DNA of 64,000 bases from Octopus sinensis. Taxonomy: Eukaryota. The translations under genes were made by a program, and so were the position numbers. The stretch is from assembly GCF_006345805.1 (NCBI RefSeq), contig NW_021835957.1:32265-96264 (forward strand), read 5' to 3'. Shown here in pieces: positions 51,269 to 64,000 of this stretch. Under the pieces are notes generated by a model. The model had not been told where the DNA came from. It did not search any database and saw only the letters and a program-made list of their open reading frames with translations. The stretch's first letter is position 1. Each line of letters starts with the position of its first letter.

Positions 51269-51387
51269 TTCCAATAATTTTGCATTAAGGTCAAAGAGGA
51301 AAACCATCAATGCTCAGGATGTGTTGTCAGCCATGCAGGACATGGAGTTTGATCAGTTTTTAGACCCTTTGAAGTTATGTCTAGATT
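51269..51387 (+). CDS. POLE3: POLE3 exon ([40 protein letters not shown])
   Basis: 119 nt, tttcag|...T|gtaagt; histone-fold RKT motif. Confidence 0.96.
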
Positions 51388-53724
51388 GTAAGTAAAACAT
51401 TGTTCTGTTTGTATTACTAGCAAGCTCACTTGCTATACTGCACTGGGGAAAACATCAAATTTTTTTTGCTTCTTTCAATAGGTTGCATAAAGACAACTAA
51501 CAATAACTAATCGGTGAACTTTAAAAATCCTCTCAAACATATTATATGAAACTTTATTTTGCTTCATAGTTATTTTTAAAACTTGCAAATTTTATGTTAT
51601 AAAAGACATGTGGAAAGGGAAGAGAAAGAAATACAGTGAGTGAGAGAGAGAATGTGTGTGTGAAAGATAGCTAGATAGTGTTGTCACCATAATAAGTTTT
51701 GATTAAAATGCTGGAATTTTAAGTGCGAGTCTATCAACACAATGCAACACAGACTTTGAAAAATGACTTTCACTGTATAATAGTCCATTGGCTGTACTGC
51801 ACAGATTTTAGAAAAAGTCTTTCTCTTTGGACAGTTTATGAAGGTACACACATGATTTTTACTGATACTGGTAGTGATGGATAATGACCTAGTTTAATCA
51901 TAAAATATATATTCATACAACTGACCACCCCTCTCTAAAACTACTGGCTTTATGCCAAATTTGAAACCATTATTATTACTATCATCTTAATACAATTTAT
52001 TGTGATATTATCGAGTCTGTAAGAGGGACACCTGCTCCAACACATCATGAATGTGCATGTAGGTAGGTAGATATAAATTGTATTATGTAATAGAGATTTA
52101 TACAGGGTCAAGTGGTCACCAACTGATTAGGGTTCACTAAAATCCATGTAGTGTAATGGACAGAGACATCAACAGGACTTTTCATTTAGTATGTTAGGAT
52201 ATATTAAAAAGGAATTCCATTCAGTATATGTTTAAACTAAACTTCACTTACAAGGCATTGGTCAGCCTAAGATGGAGGATCTTTTGTCTTGTGAATTACT
52301 TGGTGACCTCACTGGTGTTGGTGCCACATAGAAGGCTTATGTATGGCACCTTGCATATCTTGTTCTGTAACCCCAGATTGACCAATCACTAGTGAATGAA
52401 ATTTGGTTGGCAAAACCTGCATGGAACCCCATGTGTGATTTGTGTGTTTTCACACTTCTCCACTTTAATTCCATTTTGCAGCAATAATGTTTGTAACTCT
52501 CATGAATTAAATAAAACCTTTAACAACAGCCTGACATGCAAGTATGTGATGTGAAATATCTTACTTGAAAACAAGTTGGCATCAAGAGAGACATCTGATT
52601 GTAGAATTCTGCTTCAAGAAGTCTTGTCTAACTTGTAACCAGTATGGAAAAAGTGGACATAGGCATAAAACTGAAGATGATGAACTTTATCTTTCGAGAT
52701 GTAAAAATTTATCTTCTGGTGTTTACATTTACACTGTATTTTAATCTGTTTTGAACTTTGGTCATGTACGTGTATCCAAGCTAGTCTCAAACCTGGAGCC
52801 TTTTTTGTAATAACATCTGTTGTACTTTCCAATTCAGGTAGCCATGTAATTTCCTCTATTGCAAGAGACATTTCTAACCTTTATCATTGGCATCTAATGT
52901 TCATTTTCCATGCTGCCATGGGTTGGACAGTTTGAGAGGAGTTGACTAGCTGAAGTGCTGTTCAGGCTCCATGTCTGTTTTGACATGGTTTCTATGGTTG
53001 AATGCCCTTCCTATTATGCTTTAATCAGTCATCAGTTGGCACAAAGCCAGCTCCCTCAATACTACTTGCCCATACACTCAGATGGCGGATCTTTTGTCTT
53101 GTGAGTTACTTGGTGACCTCACTGGTGTTGGTGCCACATAGCTAAGTAACAACACCAAAGCAGGTGGTGGAGCGTGGCACAATTCTCTAGCTCTCTACCT
53201 CCTCTTGAACTGTCCAACCCTTGCCAGCATGGAAAACGGATGTTAAATAGTGATGATGTTCTAATAACACGTGCATCCACCCAAGGACATGCATTTGATG
53301 GAGAGTAACATCAATTACATAATGATCCTTGTAATTGAAAATTTTTGCCAACCATGGAAAGTTGCACAATAAAGTTAACTGTGGCAAGATGCAATCTCAG
53401 GACATAAAAGTGATGTGACTAAATACCACAAGGTATTTATCTCATACTCTGCTGATTGCCAAATATTGATGAAAATTAACTGCTTTAGCAAAGAGGAGTA
53501 ACCACTTGGTTTTAACAACAGCATACAATTTGATGTAATTATTATTTGAAAGAAAGTACATGTTTAATTTAGTCGTATATAGGTGCAGGCTTGGCTGTGT
53601 GGTTCAGGTTCATTCCCTCTGTGCAACACCTTGGGCAAGTTTCTTCTATTATTGCCCCTGGCCAACCATTGTTTTGCAAGTGAATTTGAATTTAGTTGAC
53701 AGAAACTATGCAGAAGCCCATCAT

Positions 53725-54500
53725 TCTTCATCATACGTCCGCTTTCCATGTTGGCATGGGTTGGACGTTTTGATTGAGGGCTGGTGAGCCAGAAGGCTGC
53801 ACCAGTCTCCAATCTGATCTGGCAAAGTTTCTATAGCTGGATGCCCTTCCTAACCCCAACCACTCCGAGGGTGTAGTGGGTGCTTTTACGTGCCACTAGC
53901 ACGAGGGGCAGCCAAGTAGTACTGGCATCAACCACGCTCAAATGGTGCCTTTTATGTGCCACCTGCGCAGGAGCCCTGGTAACAATCACACTTGAATGGT
54001 GCTTTTAATGTTCAACTGGCACAGGTGACAATCAGGCGGTATTGTCATTGGCCCCAACAGTGATTTCACTTGCCTCAACGAGTCTTTGCAAGCATAGTTT
54101 ATTGTCCAATGATTGAAGAGTACTCTTAAATGAGCAGGTTATACAGCATTGGCATAGGCCATGGTTATAGTCTCACATGGATTGCTGGGTCTTCTCAAGC
54201 ACAGCATATCTCCAAAGGTCTCGGTCACTTGTCATTGCCTTGGTGAGGCCCAATGTTTGATGGTCGTGCTTCACACCACCTCATCCCAGGTCTTCCTGGG
54301 TCTACCTCTTCCACAGGTTCCCTCAGCTGCTAGGGTGTGACATTTTTCACACAGCTGTCTTCATCCATTCGCAACACATGACCATACCAGCGCAGTTGTC
54401 TCTCTTACACACCACATCTGACGCTTCTTAAGTCCAACTTTTCTCTCAGGGCACTTACACTCTGTCGTATATGCACACTGACATTACACATCATAATGGA
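53725..54500 (-). mobile_element. RTE-clade LINE 3' fragment
   Basis: The minus strand encodes a degenerate RT C-terminus (..RQLRWYGHVLRMDEDSCVKKCHTL..EGTCGRGRPRKTWDEVV), followed by the RTE 3' UTR and a GAT-type tail. Confidence 0.85.
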
Positions 54501-56644
54501 AGAAGTTTAGGCTCATGTTTTTTCATAATGCAGCCAAGTCTGTGATGTCATAATTTGTCTCTCGACGTTAAATCACTAATTAGATGGTTTGTTTTTGGCA
54601 GTTCAGGACCAGACTCTTCCAAATAAAACCTTATTTAAATTTAAAACCAAATGATAAAACAATTTAATTTATTAAAAGATTTCATCTACACACTTTTCCT
54701 CACTGACCTTCTCTTCTGATTTCTGTATTATTTTGCCTGTGTAACTCTTGTTGGTAGTATCTAGTAAATCTGTACCATCAACCACCCTTCTGTTCACACT
54801 CTCTTCTACTCACCTCAAACATGTTATCTTGAGTACATGTACACATCATAAAATGTGGCAAGGACCTTGCCTTACTTGTTATAAGACAAACTCACAAGTG
54901 CTGTTGCTGCGATAAAATGCACTCAATATGCTATGTAAAGTTCTTGCTGATTGAGCAGAGTAAATGACCTTTTAGCACCTTTTAGTTTTTATCAAAAGCA
55001 TGGCACCCTTTCTGGTGCTGGTGCCACAATAATTCAGAAGGGCATCCATCCAGCTGTAGAAACCAAGCCAAAAGTATTACAGGTCATTTGTGGATCCATC
55101 TAGGAAAGCAGTAACTCTGAATAAATACTGACTTGGACCCTAGCGAACTGTCTAACCCATGCTAGCATGGAAAATTGACCTAAAGTGATGGTGATTATCC
55201 TTCTACATTATTCTCAGGCTCAGCAGACCTGGAATTTGAGGTATGATTACTAAAATCTTGTTGCACCTTAATCATGTGATAACTCATGCAAGGAAAATAC
55301 CTGCTGCTTGCTGATCACAAAATGAGATTGTACACCTCCTTATAAAACTGCATTTTATTGGTTTATATATTTAGTTGCCAAGCAAATTTCTTATATTATT
55401 AAGAATTGTGTTACAATTTGTTAATGATAATGAGTATATTATGTTATTTACATAAAGTAGCAAGCTGGCAGAATTGTTAGCACATCAGGCAAAATGCTTA
55501 GCAATATTTCATCTGTTGCTACGTTCTGGATTGAAATTCTGCCATGGTCAACTTTGCCTTTCATCCTTTCGGGGTCAATAAATGAAGTACCAGTTACATA
55601 CTAGAGTCGATGTAATCAACTGCTCCTCCTCCCCCAAAATTTCGAGCCTTGTGCCTTGAGTAGAAAAGAATAAATTGTGTATCAATGTGATTGATTTATC
55701 CCTTTCCACCAATTTTCAGGCCTTGTGTCTATAGTAGAAAGGGTTATGTCATTTACATGATCTCTCCCACACACACACTTCTGGAAATGTGTATTATGTG
55801 ATTAACAATGTTCAGTTCTGAAGACAAATTTGAATGTTTTCCTTTCAGGATAGTGAAAATTCTGAGAGAAAATATTTATTTGACTACAGACAAGACAGAC
55901 AGAGCTATTTTTGATGCTTGTAGTAGTAAAATTCAAGAGAGAAGCATTTGTGTAAATGAACGGACCATAAATATCACCGAGTTTTCAAGACAACAAAAAA
56001 TTAGATGACAGAAAAAGACTTCTTAAATATACTTTGCCCTTTTGTGTGTCACTTGACGAAAATATGCATTTGGCCAAGTAATAAGGAATAGGGAACTTGT
56101 AAAAATTATCCAGAACAGTATAAGCAATATGAGGTACCTTTCCCACCTTCATTAAGATTTTTTTATTTTGTTATTTATTTATATATACTGGTGGTTCTTT
56201 TTTCCAAGTAAACATTTTTACAGCAGTTATTTTGTATTTTATTGCTGAAATTTTATAGTAATTGTTAGCATTGAGAAATGATTATCTACAAGTTTTGTAA
56301 ATTTGCAGATGTTTTAAAAATCTGAAATGGTATATTCTGTTATAAGGGCCTAAGAGATTGGCCGAGGTGAAAATAAGTCCTAAATCTTAAAGGGTTAAAT
56401 ATGTGAGTTTGATAAATTTATTATCAACAAATCTGTCTTTGTGATTGGTAGTTTAACTAAATTGAAACAAGTAACTTAAAACACCTCTTGCTCCTTCATG
56501 CTGAGCCTTGGATCACCACCATTCACACGTCCAATTTCCCATGCTTGCATGGGTTAGATGGAGAGACCAGTTATCAAAATATGTTGATGAATATGAAAAA
56601 TAATTTATGCCTCAGTTGAATTATTGGATTGCTTGTATTTGCAG

Positions 56645-56820
56645 CATTCCGCAGAGAACAACAAGGAAAGAAGGAAGCCTCTGAGAAGAGGAGGAAAGCT
56701 AAAGAGGAGACTATTGTGATAGATGATGAAGAGGAAGGTGATGAGAATGAGGATGAAGAAGAAGATGGAAGTATGGAGGAAGAAGAACTGGACTCTAAAG
56801 ATGATTTTAGGATTGATTAG
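56645..56820 (+). CDS. POLE3: POLE3 last exon (SFRREQQGKKEASEKRRKAKEE...acidic tail...FRID*)
   Basis: ttgtatttgcag acceptor, in frame with the previous exon; REQxGKKEASE motif plus acidic tail. Confidence 0.95.
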
Positions 56821-56859
56821 GTTTTGACTGATGGGATATCTATGCCAAGAATCTTTTTG

Positions 56860-57500
56860 CCGCATGTAGGGCATGCATGGAAAGATGCAGCGCTTGAGAT
56901 AATTGTAGTTTTCTAGTTTTGCAAGGTGAACAATACTTCTCAAAGTAGTTTTAGTACCAGAGTGATCCATGCTGCATTAGTTGCTGGTTTTGAACAAAAA
57001 ACAACTGTAAGTTGTCAGTGACAGTGTGTTGAGGTCTTCAGAGATTCTTTTAGGCAGGCCTTGGATGTTTTCCTTTACCCCACCAACTGTGTGCTTTCCT
57101 TGATAGTTCATCATAAAGGAGCTGCTTTTGAGATGTACAGTCTGTCTGCATGTGACTGACCTACCCAGCTCATCTCACACTGGGAATTCTGCCAAAATGT
57201 GTACAAGCTTGGGAGATCAGCTCATTGAGATGCTTGTGTTGTGGATCCTCTCTTGCCAACAGATTTACCAGATGCTGTGAAGCCAGTTTGTGTAGAAAAG
57301 GCTCAGATGTTTTACGTGTTTCCTACAGACTATCCAGGGCTCAAAAACATATAAGAGGGTTAAGAGATCTTCAGCATGGTGGCGAGGTTGATTCCTCTGT
57401 CCTTCCATACATTTTTTTTTTTTGCCTCCTGCAGAAGTCAGTCCTGGATTTGGGAGATCTTACTGTTGACCTCTTCATTGATGTTTACCCAGAGAATTCA
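56860..57500 (-). mobile_element. Old RTE-type LINE fragment, antisense within the probable POLE3 3' UTR
   Basis: The degraded minus-strand translation resembles an RTE C-terminus (..RWAGHVSRM...LYDELSQGKH.VGG...KESL). Confidence 0.5.
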
Positions 57501-58298
57501 TAATTGAATTAGCTGAGGTGGTTAGATTTTTCTCTCTCTCACTTGCAAACTACAATGACTCATAAATAGTTGTATAAACCAAAATGCATGGTAATAGTAC
57601 CACTGCTTTCTTCAGGACTAAGCACAATACTATCGATATTTGTATTAATAAGCTTTTGAACCCAAGTGGATCATTGACTTGGCGGCCTGTTCCTGTTTGT
57701 TGACTTGATCAAGACTTAGACTCTTTTAAAAAAATAACTCAAACAATAAAAATAAAATAACTGGTAACTTTTATTATTATTGATAATAGAATTTATTTTC
57801 TGAACATTTTAAAGAAGTCATTTACAAAGTTTTTCCTAAGATTATTCTCTTGAATGATTCTTAATATCTGTAGAAATGAAAGACGTCAGGTGGAAAGCCA
57901 TTTCTGTTAACTGCTACCTGAGAAAAAAACTGACTAAGACAATGTATAGATGTAACGAACCTCCTTTGGAATACATTTTTCCTCAAGTAAATGTTCTTTT
58001 TTTTCATAGGAGGCTCTTGGTTGAAAAACTGCTGATGCTGTGGGAACCATGTTTTTACTACAGAAGAGCTGTTCTGACTGTAAATTAGCTGAAGGAGTAT
58101 TGAGGAGAGAAGCTGAGAACTGTGACCGCCTTTAACGAGAACAGTTATTGTATGTGTACATATATTATATATAAGTAGAAGCCATTTGATGGACTTGCTC
58201 GCCCTGTTGGTTGCCAAGATTGGCAGAGAGACCTGATCATTCAAAAGATGCTAGTGCACTCACTAGCATGCATCATTTTCATAAGGAACAACTTTTTG

Positions 58299-58316
58299 AA
58301 TAAATGAATTAATAAA
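58299..58316 (+). terminator. POLE3: Candidate POLE3 poly(A) signals (AATAAA at 58299 and 58311; another cluster at 57745-57756)
   Basis: Hexamers followed by T-rich sequence. Confidence 0.4.
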
Positions 58317-58328
58317 TTAATCATTTTT

Positions 58329-58393
58329 TTTATTTAGTTTGAGTTATTTAATTACATTTCAACTAACTGTTTGATATATTTGCTGCATTTATT
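58329..58393 (-). terminator. LRSAM1: Candidate LRSAM1 poly(A) signals (AATAAA on the minus strand at 58388-58393 and 58329-58334)
   Basis: Hexamers ~700 nt downstream of the stop codon. Confidence 0.35.
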
Positions 58394-59068
58394 AGAAAAA
58401 TTTTCTGGAAAGTTGTATTTCAAAATGAATTATCACAGATTATTTGATTTCTCAATATTGTTGTTTTTGAAAGTTATCAAAGCAAGTTCGTAGAAGATAT
58501 ATGTGAAATACAATGTAGTGGATAAAAATGTAAACAAACAGCTGGAAAAAAGGCACATAACACATGCAAAAAAATAACACCAGTGTACCAATGTTGCATT
58601 CTTTCCAATTGTCATACTGCAGCTATTTCAAGTTCTGGCAGCTATTTATAACAATTGGTTTAATAATGTGACCAAGTCATATTTAAACATGGAAGGAAAT
58701 TCCAGCCAGGTTCAAACTTTTGGTAGAACGAGTATTTTTCAGATTTTGTATTTGAAATTCTAATATTTAATTTAATTTTTAAAAAAAGTTCCCATTAACT
58801 GAATAAGATATAAATACACATAATATATTTTTATATATATAATGGAATTATGGCAAAAGTAATTTGGAAGAAATGTCAAAACATGACAGTTACTAGGATT
58901 ATGAAGAATATAAGATGGCTAGCAGCAATAACTTTTCAGTAAAGCAGAAGCGAGTGCAATATCAAGAAAGGTTATATTCCCAATTTAGCCATATTTGTAC
59001 AGTAGCTGAAATGGGGCTGGATATGATATAATGTTTTGGATGATGATTAACAAGAAAATTGGCAGTGA

Positions 59069-59194
59069 TCAGCTCTGTTGCTGTACTTGGATTTTCTGTA
59101 AAATGTGTGATCGGCAGAGAGGACAGACCTCTAGATCAACGGCACATTCGGTACAACAACAAACATGGCCGCAGTTGAGGAAAATGATGTTAGT
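59069..59194 (-). CDS. LRSAM1: LRSAM1-like last exon (TNIIFLNCGHVCCCTECAVDLEVCPLCRSHILQKIQVQQQS*)
   Basis: tttttcag acceptor; IFLNCGHVCCC...CPLCR matches the LRSAM1 C-terminal RING. Confidence 0.88.
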   Translation of the reverse strand, partial: TNIIFLNCGHVCCCTECAVDLEVCPLCRSHILQKIQVQQQS

Positions 59195-60099
59195 CTGAAA
59201 AAGAAAAAAAAAATATTTTACTCTAAATCACCAACATATATGTAAAAGAAAAAAAGACAGTGATAAAGAAACACTTATGAGAAATTTGGAGAAAATTATT
59301 CATTATTTTAGCTTTATCAAGCATAAATTTTTAATTTTTTTTTTTTGTGAATTCTCATGACTGTCGCCATCCAATTCTATTACTATGAATTTGAGTTATA
59401 GTGAATCTTTCATGAGCTGATTACACACAATCACGGATGCCACCCTTATGGATGCATTGCAGATACTCTTGACATGGCTTTGTGATCTAAGATTCCTTTA
59501 CTCAGCATCAATGTAAGAAGCACCATTGGCTCAGCTGAGCTCTTCCACTACCTCTTCACAATCTGCCATGCTGCACTCCCATGACTATGCCATTTCCTGG
59601 CAGGGTGGATGTATGAGTGCTGTGCCTTGCTAGAGGTCTGTCACCCGCAAACCCAGTCAGGCAGTGTACACTTTCCATGTTGGCATGGGTTGGATGGTTT
59701 TGACTGAGGACTGGCAAGCTAGAAGGCTGTACAAGGCTCCAATCTGATCTGGCAAGGTTTCTACAACTGAATGTCTTTCCTAACGCCAACCACTCCGAGA
59801 GTGTAGTGGGTGCTTTTTACATGCCACAAAACTTTTTAAATTGTTTAACAGGCTGCCATGATTCAAGAAGCTTGCGATCGGGGCAAGCAAATATCCAAGT
59901 GATCTTTGTCAGCAACCAAAGTTTTAAGGGTTTGATATGATTTATAACTTCTGCATTCTGACAGCTTTTGCCTTTACAGTCAAGACTGCTACATCAATGT
60001 GTTCTGTAATGCATAAGTCTAACAAGATATTTGTTAGTGACTTCAACACAGTCAATGAGAGTGCATTCAGTAAACTCTAAAGCATTTATTGACATACAG

Positions 60100-60430
60100 G
60101 CACAGTAGTGGTTAAGAAGTGCAGTTCCCAACCACATGGTTCCAGGTTCAGTTCCACTGTGGGGCACATTGGGCAAGTGTCTTCTACAATAGCCTCTGGC
60201 TGACCAAGGCTTTAAGAGTGAATTAGGCAGACAGAAACTGAAAGAAGTTTGTTTCCCACTGCTACTTAACAACTGTTGTTTTGCTTATGTCCCTCTAACT
60301 TAACAGTTGGGCCATAGATACAAATGGAATATGTACTAGACTTTAAAAAAAGTACTGGAGTTGATTTGTTTAATTAAACACCTTCAAGACAGTACTACAG
60401 CATGGACACAGTCCAATACTTAAAACGAGT
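60100..60430 (+). mobile_element. Diverged copy of the same SINE family in an LRSAM1 intron
   Basis: Head and tail match. Confidence 0.7.
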
Positions 60431-61895
60431 ATAGGAATTTCCAACAAAGCAATTCATCAACCTACATATTCTGTCAGGATCAGAAGTTTGTTTTCACCTA
60501 CCAAAGTTATATTTACTGTGTCCACCTTAATCATCTAGCTTACTCTAACACAATTAGCTACCCGTCCACCTTGTCTGTTCCTCTATCCTTATTCTCTCTC
60601 TCTCATGCACTTTGTACCTTGAGGGTTTGCTCTCACCATCTCTCTTTCCAGCACAAGAAGCCATAAGACACCTGTTCCTGTCCCTCTATCATACTGTCAC
60701 ATTCTTCAATGTCAAACTCCATTCAGTTTAGGGGTCTAATATTTTTTTTATTTGCCCATTTTGGCTTCCCCACTTCTTTGTGTGTTGCAGAAGCATGAAT
60801 GGTTTTGATTCCATTCACTATTATCCTGGATATCTCAAGTATAAAAATTAGAAATAGAATAAAGAAATTCCTGCATAAGGAACAGTTGTTAGATGTAGAT
60901 TCCTTTGAAAATGTTTAGACTCTGAAGGGAATTATGATCAAAGACGCTCTATTTATAATCATATGAAGTATTTTTCTGAGTCTATCTAGGATTAGATTAT
61001 CTAATATATGTCTTTCCTTGAAATAACTGGATATGATTGGAATGAAATTTGTCTGGTACAGAGGATCCTTTCATTGACTGAGAGTAATTACATGCACTGG
61101 TGTCAACTGACAATAACCTTACTCCCTCTTCACATGCTTGAGGAATCAATCCCTGAACCATGTTTCTGCTATAGTGGGAATAGGTTAGCATCATTGCTGC
61201 TAGATTCTTGGTAAGGCAGTAATGGAGAAATGTGTAGAAAAAAAAGATGCAGCTAATTCTGTCCTTAGTTTGCCTGCAATCGTTATTCTTGAGCTGTATA
61301 TGCAACTATTTTTATGCTAAGGAGCCCAGGTTGAAGGTAACATTAGATACAAGGGCTCAGGTTTGAGATGGTTATTTAAAAAGTTGGAAATCATCCTAAT
61401 GCATTTGATATTGGCCCATCTGAGAGTACCTCTGCTCTCAGATACATACTTGTTTTAAAATGATTTAAATTAAAACCTTCAATCGAAATGCTATTTTAAC
61501 CCTGTCATGCCATGTTACCACTAAGGCATGAATAGGGTAAATGTCATCACTGCTGGATTCCTGGTAAAGCGGTAATGCAGAGACATGGGCTCAAATCTGA
61601 GGGTTAAATTTAAAAGGTAGTTGGAAGAGAGGAAATAATATTTTTACACTATAAAGTGGTTGGCATTAGGAGAGGCAGCCAGCTGTAGAAGCTATGCCAA
61701 AGCAGACACTGGAGTGCAATGCAGTCCTTGGACCCATAGGATCCTGTGAAACCTATGCCAACATTAAATTATGATGATGTTGCTTCAAACAGAAGATTCA
61801 CAAAGATTTTTTTTTTTTTGTTTTTAAACCTCAATTGAAAATTTTGTGAAACATTCTCTCTGAGTATCAACACTTGAACTAAACCAGAGACTTAC

Positions 61896-62045
61896 TGTTC
61901 GGTCAAGACATATAGAACATTCTGAATAGAGTCCACGAGCTGTAACAATTGGTTGGGTACTAGATGTCGGGTTCTCTACAGATGATGATGGCTCGATAGC
62001 AGGAGCACTGGGCAGAGGTCGTACTGCTTCACCCGTGCAAACGTC
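61896..62045 (-). CDS. LRSAM1: LRSAM1-like E3 ubiquitin ligase, penultimate exon (DVCTGEAVRPLPSAPAIEP...GLYSECSICLDRT)
   Basis: 150 nt, phase 0-0, ttttcag|...ACA|gtaagt. It carries a PSAP motif followed by the first RING CxxC. Confidence 0.85.
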
Positions 62046-64000
62046 CTGAAAATAGAAAATAAATGTTTTAAATGTTGCCAGTAAGCAAGCGGTATCTATC
62101 TATTTCAAAGGGCAATTCAGAAGTTGTTATAGCTGATCAAATCAAGTGTTATTCACATTACAATTTAGCATTCCATCAAACAAAAATTATTCACATTGAA
62201 AAAAGAAAAATAAACCTAGAATAAGGGAAAACTGAAACATGTCCAAAAGCTGTTAATGTGTTGGATTAAGTTTCCCCCACTTCACTGTGTGCTTATTTCC
62301 AATTTTGCTCTTGCTTTGATTACTGTTTTCTCCATCACACTAGTGTTTTATTCACCCAGCAGGTCATGCTTATTTTGAACAAACAGGCAATGCAGAGTAG
62401 AGAAGACTCTTTAGTCTTGCAGAAGACAAGTTAAATTCACCAGTGCTGGTGCTACAAATGCACTCAACACTCTGTGAATGGTGTCCAGCCATAGAACCAC
62501 GTCAAAATGGAATATCCAAATAAGACATGTTTGCCTGATATGTCTATGAGGACAGTAACTCCACAAAGAACTGACTTAAGATTGTGATGACTCCTGCAAC
62601 CAGTACCAGCACTGGGAAACAGACATAAGATTGTGTTGATGATTTCAGTATAAGTCAACATTCAGCCTATCTTGGTTTCTATTTTTTTTAAATACACCCA
62701 GATATATCAGTTATTTTAAGTTTGAATTTTAAACCAAAAGCAAAGATGCTTAGTATGTACATATCTATTTTTTTCTTTCTTACTCATTACAAAAACCTTG
62801 GAGTTATCCACCCCTGCATCTGCTGAATAGATTCAAACATGGAACCACTGTATATTTTGATTCACAGTCTTATATCAAAACATTGTGAATGAGAGATGTG
62901 AACTGCTACAATCAGTCAATAAGGTGTCTCATTTGAAATGACAGGGTCAGTGCATAAGAAGTTGTGGAAAAGGAATTAAAACAATGATAAATGATATAGT
63001 ATTTATGCAATCACCTTCTCTCCATGCTAGCTTGTTATGCATCCGTATAAATCTATTATAAACTATGTTCTAAATACAAGAGTAAAATACTATTAACATA
63101 CAATGCTAGAATTCTATTCCATAAATAAGCTTATAGATGTTATTCCCAAGTCAAGCCTCATTAAATTGACCTAAGATTAAATACCACCCAGCTCTGTATC
63201 TAAGAGTACACTGTTTTTTCACTTTAAGATAACAGGAGGAAACTAGGCTACCATTTCAGCAAATCAAATGACTATATAGTCTCATTCATTGGTTTGTAAG
63301 TTGTGAGCAGACACTGTAGGTGTAACACAAGCATTGATGACTTGCAAGCAACAGTTGTACAAATTTGTAGACGTTCTTGGTTTCACTTTCTAACAAATCT
63401 AGAGATGATGTAGAGACACTTTCATGGGCTCGACCATGTAGACACCCGATGAAAGACCATTGAACCACGACTACCCTAATCAAAACTACATTGTCCTACA
63501 TGTGGTTGGGCACTGTTGGTTATGACAACAGAACAGCCTGCTCATGCAAGTGACTGAGCACGTCACATATACGTATACCCTTAATGTAGTTCTCAGGGAA
63601 ATTCAGCATGACAAGGCCCACTGAACTACAGATACAACTCATTTTTGCCAGCTGAGTGGACTGGAACAACATAAAATGATTGTCTTGTTCAAGAACACAA
63701 TGTACCACTGGGAATTGAATCTATGACCTTACAATCTTGAGCTGGATGCACAAACCACAATATATACTTTCTTCATTAAGACAGAACAGTATGACATGAG
63801 GGATATATGGTTGCTATTTCAATCAAATTGAGTGACCATGTAGAGGATTCTGAGGTTATCAGGTTCATTAATGTTAAAATAAAGATAGAAAATAAAAAAA
63901 AAGGAGTGATATTATGGATTTATAAAAGAATGGTGATATGAGGAGGAATATCTGGTAAAAGGGCAACACTGCTGAGATATCAAACAATTAACAAACAAAT

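Overview
AT-rich, repeat-dense animal genomic DNA. The SINE, RTE and MITE landscape is typical of an octopus (octopodid cephalopod), though the species is my inference. Three spliced genes are recognisable. Casein kinase 2 beta (CSNK2B) lies on the minus strand (~22.4-39.4 kb). DNA polymerase epsilon subunit 3 / CHRAC17 (POLE3) lies on the plus strand (~39.5-58.3 kb), head-to-head with CSNK2B across a ~100-bp promoter. The last two exons of an LRSAM1-like RING E3 ligase lie on the minus strand (59.07-62.05 kb), tail-to-tail with POLE3. The CK2-beta locus is the most interesting part. It has a duplicated, diverged exon 4 encoding the acidic loop (candidate mutually exclusive exons). It also has a candidate alternative C-terminal exon that would remove the CK2-alpha docking segment; a perfect 17-bp RNA stem sits just upstream of its acceptor. 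I could not find the expected exon 5. The first 8 kb holds Helitron-like elements, one carrying a 4.5-kb, ~23-bp minisatellite whose unit is a canonical TCF/LEF site plus a C-clamp helper-like GCCG. Single-base indels in conserved exons and indel-rich tandem duplications suggest an incompletely polished long-read assembly, so frames and duplications need read-level checks. Almost all ORFs in the supplied track are artefacts of repeats. Repeat boundaries are approximate; exon boundaries were read base by base.
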